From positions 1-64,000 of IMG/VR virus record IMGVR_UViG_3300047287_000420: 64,000 nucleotides of DNA; one strand, written 5' to 3'. How positions within the stretch are numbered: the first letter of the stretch is position 1; every line of letters starts with the position of its first letter. The notes under the pieces are model-generated. The model was given only the letters and a program-made list of their open reading frames with translations. It had not been told where the DNA came from and made no database searches. The position numbers were made by a program, and so were the translations under genes. Of the stretch, positions 35,035 through 42,344 are shown one piece after another. Source of the stretch: a virus.

Positions 35035-36924
35035 ATGCAGATCCGTTACATCACAAGCAACAGCGAGTACCAGAAAGCTCTTGGGGAACTGCAGCTGATC
35101 CCCAAGGTATGCCTGGATTTGGAAACAACCGGCTTGGACTCACACGTGGCTAAAGCTCGGTTGCTTCAGCTGTGTACGACAGAGAATATCGAAAGAACGG
35201 TGTACGTTCTTGATCTCTTCAAAATCACTGATACCAGTGGGCTGAAGGAATTTATTGAAAGCCGGGAGATGATTCTCGGCCACAACTTAAATTTCGATTT
35301 TCAGTTTCTGCTGTCTCTCGGCATCGACTATCAAGGAAAGGTATTCGATACTTATGTAGCTGAGCGTTGTTTGCGGGCTGGTTTTAAGGAAAAGAAAGTT
35401 AGCCCGAAACTTCAGAAGCCATATTTCGATGACGTTAGCTGCTCACTGAAGGCTGTTGTTGAGAGACGACTCGAGATTGAAATTAGTAAAGAACAACAGG
35501 TTTCTGACTGGAGCAAACCTGATTTAGACATAGAGCAACTCGAATACGCAGCAAAGGACGTTGATCTCCTCCCCACGATCGCTGCGGATCAACTTAAAGA
35601 GCTAGCAGAAGAAGCTCTGCTCGATGTCTACTCGCTGGAATCTAAGTGCGTACGCCCCGTGGCACTGATGTGTCACAAAGGATTCAACGTAGATGTTACT
35701 AAGTTAGTAGCCCTAAAGCATACGATTGAGAAAAAGCTAGATGAAGTTACTCTAGAATTCTGCACTAAGCTTGACGACGCACTACCAGAGGATCTAAAGC
35801 TACCCAGGAGAACCGATGGATCACTGGCAATTGGAAAAAACCTACGCAAAGAGTTCAACCCCGGATCCGGTGTCCAATGCACAAAGTGTTTCGAAGCACT
35901 TGGCATTGCACTTCCAACAAATCCAGGAACAGGAAAGAGCACTCTTAATCAGATCCAGCTCGCGGAATTTGATTCGGATGACCCGCTCCTAAACCTCTAC
36001 CGAAAGCGCACAAAAATCGAAACTCAACTCGAACACGCAGAAAAACTAATCGCAAATATCAACCCTATAACACACAGAATTCACTCAGGTTATAACCAGT
36101 ACGGAGCAAACTCCGGAAGATTCACTTCAAGCGGAGCTAAGAAAACAGCGGCCAAGAAAGTTAAAAGTCAGTTTGCGATCAACGCTCAACAGATTCCGAG
36201 AGACAAAGAGTTTCGGGAATGTTTCGTAGCCACGCCTGGTTACAAGCTGATCATCTGTGACTTCAGTCAGATTGAGTTACGCCTCGGTGCGGAGCTGATC
36301 GGAATCCCTCAGATGATTGAGGCATTTAAACAAGGTCATGATCTCCATACAGTTACCGCTAGTTTGATCTACAACATACCTCTAGAAGAAGTTCAGAAGA
36401 ACCAGCGACAAGAAGGTAAAACGCTTAACTTTGCGTTGCTATACGGTATGGGCTTCCGTAAGTACAAAACATACGCAGCTCAAAGCGGGAAGATCATTTC
36501 CCTGTCTGAGGCAAAAGTAGCTCACACAGCGTTCCACAACGCATACCCACGCCTAAGGCAGTGGCACCGAGAGCGTGCTGCCATGGTCGAAGATGGGTGG
36601 ACTTTCGTAAGAACTCCGTTAGGTCGCAGGCGTCTGCTTTCTTACTCAGATGCAACCATGACTGCCTGTGCCAATACGCTTATACAAGGTGCCGGTGCTG
36701 ATATCCTTAAGCTGTCGTTAGCCAAGCTCAACCCTTATCTGTGCGATGAAGCTTACTTAGTTGCCTGTGTCCACGATGAAATCGTTCTAGAGGCTGCAGA
36801 AACAAAAGTTGAGTACTACAAGGAAGTACTTGAGCGCTGTATGAAAGAAGCCGCTGAAACGATTTTAAAAGAGGTACCAGCTAAAGCAGACGCTAGCTAC
36901 GGAGACACCTGGTCTGAAAAATGA
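35035..36924 (+). CDS. polA: Family A DNA polymerase with 3'-5' exonuclease
   Basis: LDLETTG, GHNLNFD, YAAKD, DFSQIELR, RQEGKTLNFALLYG, VHDE. Start moved to ATG 35035. Confidence 0.95.
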   Translation: MQIRYITSNSEYQKALGELQLIPKVCLDLETTGLDSHVAKARLLQLCTTENIERTVYVLDLFKITDTSGLKEFIESREMILGHNLNFDFQFLLSLGIDYQGKVFDTYVAERCLRAGFKEKKVSPKLQKPYFDDVSCSLKAVVERRLEIEISKEQQVSDWSKPDLDIEQLEYAAKDVDLLPTIAADQLKELAEEALLDVYSLESKCVRPVALMCHKGFNVDVTKLVALKHTIEKKLDEVTLEFCTKLDDALPEDLKLPRRTDGSLAIGKNLRKEFNPGSGVQCTKCFEALGIALPTNPGTGKSTLNQIQLAEFDSDDPLLNLYRKRTKIETQLEHAEKLIANINPITHRIHSGYNQYGANSGRFTSSGAKKTAAKKVKSQFAINAQQIPRDKEFRECFVATPGYKLIICDFSQIELRLGAELIGIPQMIEAFKQGHDLHTVTASLIYNIPLEEVQKNQRQEGKTLNFALLYGMGFRKYKTYAAQSGKIISLSEAKVAHTAFHNAYPRLRQWHRERAAMVEDGWTFVRTPLGRRRLLSYSDATMTACANTLIQGAGADILKLSLAKLNPYLCDEAYLVACVHDEIVLEAAETKVEYYKEVLERCMKEAAETILKEVPAKADASYGDTWSEK

Positions 36925-37817
36925 GTAACACCAAAAAGCGCGAACGTCCCCTCTCACCAAGCAAGCTCAAAATTGGTGATCGAGTCACATTAGGTATCAA
37001 GAACATCACTTGCTACAGTGAGTTCTCTGATCAAAAGCTTAAGGACAAGATCGCTGGCTACGTGAACAACACGCGGCTAGGAACAGTGAAAGAAGTATTT
37101 GTCAAAACAAACAAAAGAGGAGACAGGAGGCATTTCGCTTCGATCCTATGGGATGGAATGAAATCGACCACTGAACACGAACAGAATCGCTTGAAAGTCC
37201 ACGAGGCTTCTGTCGTCGCACAAGAACTAGAGAAGCCAATCAAAGTAGATGTAGCCCCCAAGCAAAGTACAAAGAAGTCGACAACTTCTGTGACTATCTT
37301 TAACTTGCAAGTGGTTGAGGATAAAGAAGTATTCACCGCAAAAACGGAAAACGGTTACGTCGGTTGTGCCCGTACAACTAACGGAATCTGCTTCACGTCT
37401 GATGTTTTTTCGAGTGCACTAGAGGCAGCTAACAAAGCACGAAACCTCAAGAGGCTACTGGAAAACCCGACAGAGCAAGATTGTAAAGAAACCAAAAAAA
37501 AGACAAAAGAAACTACAAAATGTGTAGTCAAGAAAACTAATAAAAAGGTAACCTTAAGGTCGAGACTGTACACACTCGACGAGACCAAGGCGATGCCGCT
37601 CCTGCGTTTCCAAGAAGTGTGGGTAATTATTAAAGACTCGATGTATGTAAGTGAGTGCTTAGATAAGGAAAGGCGCAATTTAGTAAGTTACACATCAAAT
37701 AAAGAGAAAGCTATGTACTTCACATGTCACGAAAAAGCTAAAATGACTATGCGTGTTCTGAAGGGTACGGTAGGTCCAGGGTTTGACCTCAAGAGGTTCT
37801 TTATAGAAAATAAGTAG
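36921..37817 (+). CDS. Basic hypothetical protein
   Basis: ATGA coupling to polA, Lys/Thr-rich linkers. Confidence 0.7.
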   Translation: MSNTKKRERPLSPSKLKIGDRVTLGIKNITCYSEFSDQKLKDKIAGYVNNTRLGTVKEVFVKTNKRGDRRHFASILWDGMKSTTEHEQNRLKVHEASVVAQELEKPIKVDVAPKQSTKKSTTSVTIFNLQVVEDKEVFTAKTENGYVGCARTTNGICFTSDVFSSALEAANKARNLKRLLENPTEQDCKETKKKTKETTKCVVKKTNKKVTLRSRLYTLDETKAMPLLRFQEVWVIIKDSMYVSECLDKERRNLVSYTSNKEKAMYFTCHEKAKMTMRVLKGTVGPGFDLKRFFIENK

Positions 37818-37842
37818 AATCTAAGGACTGAGGACTCCGTAG

Positions 37843-38106
37843 ATGGCAACCAGATACGCAGGTGATTACTTCGGAATTTCCCTGGGTAATTCCGGAGGTG
37901 CCTCCTCAGTCCTTTTGGATTACTACCCAGAGCTTCGAAACCCAGCAAAGAAGACTGAGGTGACTCCCACGGCGCCTAGGTCTGTGGGTGGGACAGAGGC
38001 CGCAAAGGTATTTACTGGTTTTAAAACCTTTGAAGAGAAGCAGGGACCCAAGGCAGCAGCCCCTGTATTTACAGGTTTCAAAACGATCGAGAAGCCAAAG
38101 CGGTGA
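37843..38106 (+). CDS. Small protein with a VFTGFKT repeat
   Basis: Two VFTGFKT copies, TAGAAT at 37815. Confidence 0.6.
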   Translation: MATRYAGDYFGISLGNSGGASSVLLDYYPELRNPAKKTEVTPTAPRSVGGTEAAKVFTGFKTFEEKQGPKAAAPVFTGFKTIEKPKR

Positions 38107-38155
38107 CGCCGAGCGTCTGAACGCTTACGCTTGAGTAGTTATCGGAAAGAGGATA

Positions 38156-38290
38156 GTGAAACTTTTTAAAAAGCTGTTGGAAGGTCGGTTCGGCAGATGG
38201 CTGAATCTTTATCCGATCTTCGCAGCTAACGAGGAGGACCGCAGGCGTATCTTAGAGGCGGCCGACTTCCAGCCAAACGATGTCTACTAG
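38156..38290 (+). CDS. 44-aa hypothetical protein
   Basis: Not in the track. GTG preceded by AGAGGA. Confidence 0.4.
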   Translation: MKLFKKLLEGRFGRWLNLYPIFAANEEDRRRILEAADFQPNDVY

Positions 38291-38837
38291 CTATTGCTTG
38301 GTACTAGGTAAGGCAGATAGCACTTTAGAGATAGCTTTAGCTGCGAACGACGCTGGCCACGCGCAGGCACAATCCTCCGATATAGCCAGAGCTCTGCAGG
38401 CAGATACATTTGCCCTGACATACAAGAGCGTAAAAGAAAGCAAGTTGTCCTATTTATTCAGGCGGCTGGCTACGAGCGATTTCAAGCACGAGGAGTGCGA
38501 TGAGTGGTGGGGCAAGTTTTGCAACAAGTCTCCAGTCATCTATGCCCTGAAACAGAAATATTACGTGCGTCCACTGATCTTAGATTACTTGGAAATAAAT
38601 AAAGATGGTTGTGTAAAACCGTCATGCTCAAACTCATTGTGTGTAAACCCTTACCACAATTCTTACAAAAAAATGAAGGCCTCAAAACTGGGGGACGCGG
38701 ACGTGAATTTGGTACTAGCCTTCTCCAGCCAGGGCGTCCCTGCTAGGGAAATCGCCAAGGCGCTCAACGTACATCGCTCAACGATTTACCGGACGTTAAA
38801 CCGTGAACATCTTCACACTCGGGCTCCGCGTCACTGA
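38280..38837 (+). CDS. Degenerate His-Me (HNH-like) Zn loop plus C-terminal HTH protein
   Basis: CDEW, CSNSLCVNPYH, GVPAREIAKALNVHRSTIYRTL. Confidence 0.7.
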   Translation: MSTSYCLVLGKADSTLEIALAANDAGHAQAQSSDIARALQADTFALTYKSVKESKLSYLFRRLATSDFKHEECDEWWGKFCNKSPVIYALKQKYYVRPLILDYLEINKDGCVKPSCSNSLCVNPYHNSYKKMKASKLGDADVNLVLAFSSQGVPAREIAKALNVHRSTIYRTLNREHLHTRAPRH

Positions 38838-39450
38838 TGGCGCCGACACCGACGAAAACAAAATCACACACGTACTCGCCGAGTCCCTTCCTTCCAGCGA
38901 CAAGCGGGTAGCCACAAAGGTCCAGCTTTCAATGAAAGAGGACCATTACGTCGGCAAGATCCTCAAAACTCTCGAAGAAAATCAAACGATTCTTGCAATC
39001 GGGCCAACCAAGACAACACCGGATGGGGTGCTGCAGATGCAGCCCATGCTGGTTGTCACAGATAAAAACTGGGATGACCTGCTGGCAGTGAACCTGTTCA
39101 TCTCCACAGGTGGTCTCGGTCCTGCGACTGAAGAAACTCAGCTCGGGGACAACACAGTTACTAACCGTTCGCTGGCCTGGCAAGACGAAAAAGGTGAAAC
39201 CGCTTGGTTCAAGCTGACAGCTTGGGACAGCCTCTCAACTCAACTTGCCGAACTTGCGCCGGGCACACCGACTATTGCTGTGGGTCGCGTAAGTACTTCC
39301 GAAAAGGAAGATCGCAAGTATCTTAATTACGGTGTAGAGAAAATTCTCTACCTGCCTCGCAGCAAGAAAGCTGCTCCCGCCAAAGCGGCAGACCCTGATA
39401 AAGGTCGCGTCTCTACGGCTGCTCTCGGATCACTGGACTTCTCTCTCTGA
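38803..39450 (+). CDS. SSB-like protein (probably tandem OB folds)
   Basis: VNLFISTGGLG...ETAWFKLTAWD...LAPGTPTIAVGRV, flexible tail. Confidence 0.7.
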   Translation: MNIFTLGLRVTDGADTDENKITHVLAESLPSSDKRVATKVQLSMKEDHYVGKILKTLEENQTILAIGPTKTTPDGVLQMQPMLVVTDKNWDDLLAVNLFISTGGLGPATEETQLGDNTVTNRSLAWQDEKGETAWFKLTAWDSLSTQLAELAPGTPTIAVGRVSTSEKEDRKYLNYGVEKILYLPRSKKAAPAKAADPDKGRVSTAALGSLDFSL

Positions 39451-39459
39451 TTAACAATC

Positions 39460-40290
39460 ATGGTTTTTATTGCTGGCAAATTTTCGGCTGATGAAATTCT
39501 CTGCCAAATTCCGCCCCACACGCTCCGAATCGATCTTCAAGCACGCCGTTGGAAATCCGATACTGACCCTGATGCGGCCATCACGGACTCCAACGACAAC
39601 GGTATACCGATTGAATTCATCCTTCTTGGGTTCACGCCGTATTTCGGCAACCTCGGTATGCGGTCGCACGAAGAGTTTATTCGTATTAGTTACATTGGTG
39701 TCACACCTTCTCATCGTCTGCTTCCTCCACGCTGCGTATGCACTAGCATCGTCAGCGGTAAATCGAGTCAAAAGAACTTTATCTCCTACTTCCAGACGCT
39801 CTATAACAATCGGATTAACGTTGGTGAGGTAATCACATCGACTAAATTCGTTCAGAAGTCCTTCAATGAGAGGGACCCAATGACGGGGGCCGATGGAGCC
39901 AAGATCAACTACAACGCACTGGAATTCAAAGATCGGCCTGCGCAAACCGACGAAGAGCGCAAGCTCATCGAGGATATTGCAGCGTGGCTTGATGCTGGCT
40001 CAGGAGATCTGGTGGCATCTGCACTACGTTCTTCTATCCCCGGTTCGAATCTGGTTGAGCTTCCTCTGGGAGAAGACCACGCGGCGATTAAGGAAGCCTT
40101 CATAGAGGCGAACCCCAAACGTCTCGAGGGAACAGCGCCTGCGGGTCTTGCGGCTCTGCCAGCTGGTGCAGGTACACCAGGAGCCAAGCCTGAAGCCGCC
40201 GAACCACCGGCTCCCAAAAAGGCAACCGCCAAAAAGGAGCTGACAGAAGAGCAGAAAGCAGCTCTCCAAGCAGCAGGTCTGGACTTCTAA
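39460..40290 (+). CDS. Putative ssDNA-binding/recombination protein
   Basis: Beta-rich core with Ala/Pro tail ending GLDF, next to the SSB-like gene. Function inferred. Confidence 0.5.
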   Translation: MVFIAGKFSADEILCQIPPHTLRIDLQARRWKSDTDPDAAITDSNDNGIPIEFILLGFTPYFGNLGMRSHEEFIRISYIGVTPSHRLLPPRCVCTSIVSGKSSQKNFISYFQTLYNNRINVGEVITSTKFVQKSFNERDPMTGADGAKINYNALEFKDRPAQTDEERKLIEDIAAWLDAGSGDLVASALRSSIPGSNLVELPLGEDHAAIKEAFIEANPKRLEGTAPAGLAALPAGAGTPGAKPEAAEPPAPKKATAKKELTEEQKAALQAAGLDF

Positions 40291-40318
40291 TGAATTAGTC
40301 GTCAAAAGACACCACAAA

Positions 40319-40346
40319 GGGACGCTGCAATAGCGTCCTTTTTTTT
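40319..40346. terminator. Intrinsic terminator between convergent genes
   Basis: GGACGCT-GCAAT-AGCGTCC-TTTTTTTT. Confidence 0.85.
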
Positions 40347-40350
40347 GTGA

Positions 40351-40590
40351 TCACATGTCTATGAGGTCGCCAAACGATGGTAAATAAACACCGTACGCAA
40401 CACAGTAATCTATGATCTTCTCGAGCAGCTTGCCGCGAATTAGGTAGTTTGCATATACAATCTCAAGAACCTCGCGAGCTTCCTGCGGGTTCAGCTTTTC
40501 AAACCCATCTAGAAACGCACGGTGCGTAAAACTCTGCTCAAGAGTCAAGTGTGATTTAAGTTTATCCAGCAACCCTTTCGACATGTCCAA
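40351..40590 (-). CDS. Hypothetical protein
   Basis: 79 aa, converges on the terminator. N-terminal LTLEQSF helix. Confidence 0.55.
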   Translation of the reverse strand: MDMSKGLLDKLKSHLTLEQSFTHRAFLDGFEKLNPQEAREVLEIVYANYLIRGKLLEKIIDYCVAYGVYLPSFGDLIDM

Positions 40591-41119
40591 CTTCTACACC
40601 GTTCCTCGTTATATCTTTGATCCTATCGGGAACAGCAATCTGATCGAAGGTGTGGTTTTACTGCCTTGCGACTTCAGTGGGCAGCTCGAAAAGCAGATCA
40701 GAAAGAAAGGAATAACAGATATCAAGTCAAACGATAACGAAGAGAACCTAGTCGATCTCGACTGGTGGGCTACACACAAAAACAGTGTGGACTGGACGAT
40801 AGCAATTACGCAAGGTATGAAAGACTACACAAAGTGGATAACAGAGTGTGGACTTCAGATCTCTAGAAAAGGTGTGTGCATCTTAGATCGTTTAACGTTC
40901 TTGGAGCCCACACGGGCACGAGAAGATTTCTTACAAGATTCATCTCTCACAAACATTAAGATCTTGAGTCCCCGGCCTTCATTTCGTGCCGATGGTACAA
41001 CTGCAAAAGATCCTGTGACTTCTGCGTGGTTTGTTTTTCAGAAAGCAGGAGCAGCTGCTGTCAATACACAAATAGATTTCGAAGTAGGCTGGCACCGCCC
41101 TCAAGATTTAAAGCTGTGA
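40583..41119 (+). CDS. Degenerate DNA amino-methyltransferase-like protein
   Basis: FYTVP, LPCDFSG, DW, RLTFLEP..R, RPSF, D.VTSAWFVF. No NPPY/F motif. Confidence 0.55.
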   Translation: MSNFYTVPRYIFDPIGNSNLIEGVVLLPCDFSGQLEKQIRKKGITDIKSNDNEENLVDLDWWATHKNSVDWTIAITQGMKDYTKWITECGLQISRKGVCILDRLTFLEPTRAREDFLQDSSLTNIKILSPRPSFRADGTTAKDPVTSAWFVFQKAGAAAVNTQIDFEVGWHRPQDLKL

Positions 41120-41436
41120 GCAAGCGTCTGTACAAGCAGCTCGATCATTTAATTGAACTTCAAAAAGAACAGAACATCTTATTAGATAAGATCAGTGCGT
41201 TGCTTGTGGGTCAGCAGCTTTTAACCGAGTGTGTTGATTACCAGGGCAATGCACGCACCGCAGAAGAGTGTGCAGACATCACTATAGAAAGTTTCTCTGC
41301 GGCACTTTGCTTAATGTCTGAGCTCGAGCAGCGCAATAGGGACTATCAGTATCAAAAACAAGAATTCTTCCTCGGTGGTGACGACGAGGACGATGAAGAT
41401 GAAGACGAAGGAACTATGATCTCAAGTTCATTCTAA
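41116..41436 (+). CDS. Hypothetical protein with an acidic tail
   Basis: GTGA overlap with the upstream gene, so start moved to 41116. Confidence 0.65.
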   Translation: MSKRLYKQLDHLIELQKEQNILLDKISALLVGQQLLTECVDYQGNARTAEECADITIESFSAALCLMSELEQRNRDYQYQKQEFFLGGDDEDDEDEDEGTMISSSF

Positions 41437-41462
41437 GCTGAGAAAGAATTGACACCTTTATT

Positions 41463-42242
41463 GTGTCCGATACACGCGTAACGGTTAATGGTTTAAGGCA
41501 CTACGTTTGTAACGGCGTTCCCAAACCTCTACCTTCAGTCACTTCTATTCTCAGCGCTACTCAGACAGAAGCCACGCGGGCAAAGCTGGCTCACTGGAAT
41601 GCGTTAAATCCAGGAGCTGCTGATGCAGCTGCTACTAGAGGAACTTGGATTCACAACAGCGTAGAAGATTATTTGAGGGGTCTCCGAGTAATACCGTCAG
41701 AGCAATACAAACCATATTGGGACGGAGTACCAGAACTCTTAGATGACCTTTTAGAAGGTGGTCGAGTGCTGTGGTCTGAGAAACCTTTTAATCAGCCACG
41801 CTGGGCTAGATATGTTGGTGACGACGGTGTCGGTCGTATCCACTATTACGATGAAAAAACAGGGCACGGGTATGCCGGCTGTTGCGACTTGATCTACATG
41901 AACGCAAACGCTGAGATTGTCCTCGCCGACTTCAAGACGAGTAACGGACCTTACTCAGCTAGATTCCCGAACAAAAATCAGAACATCGACGAGAGAACTC
42001 GAAAGGCTTTGATCTCTGGAGTATTTAAAACAAAGAAGACCAGACTGCAGCTAGCAGCTTATAAAGCAGCCGCAGAAGCTTGCTTAGGAATTAAAATAAG
42101 TAAAACACAAATTATTGTCACTACGGCGATCAAAGAATTCAACACTCAGATATTTACATTTGGAGGCGAAGAAATAGAAAAAGACGAAGAAAGTTGGTTC
42201 CAAGTTGTCAAACAATACTACGAACTAAACCCGGCAGCGTAG
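41463..42242 (+). CDS. PD-(D/E)XK exonuclease
   Basis: PSVTSIL, RGTWIH, YAGCCD, LADFKTS, QLAAY. Confidence 0.88.
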   Translation: MSDTRVTVNGLRHYVCNGVPKPLPSVTSILSATQTEATRAKLAHWNALNPGAADAAATRGTWIHNSVEDYLRGLRVIPSEQYKPYWDGVPELLDDLLEGGRVLWSEKPFNQPRWARYVGDDGVGRIHYYDEKTGHGYAGCCDLIYMNANAEIVLADFKTSNGPYSARFPNKNQNIDERTRKALISGVFKTKKTRLQLAAYKAAAEACLGIKISKTQIIVTTAIKEFNTQIFTFGGEEIEKDEESWFQVVKQYYELNPAA

Positions 42243-42344
42243 AATCAATCGCACCGGAAGGCAGGCGGGCTCTGGGTTCTTCAGCATTTCTTCGGTTCCA
42301 AAAGCCCCAAACCAGGTCATACTAGAAGCGCTCAGCGACAACCC

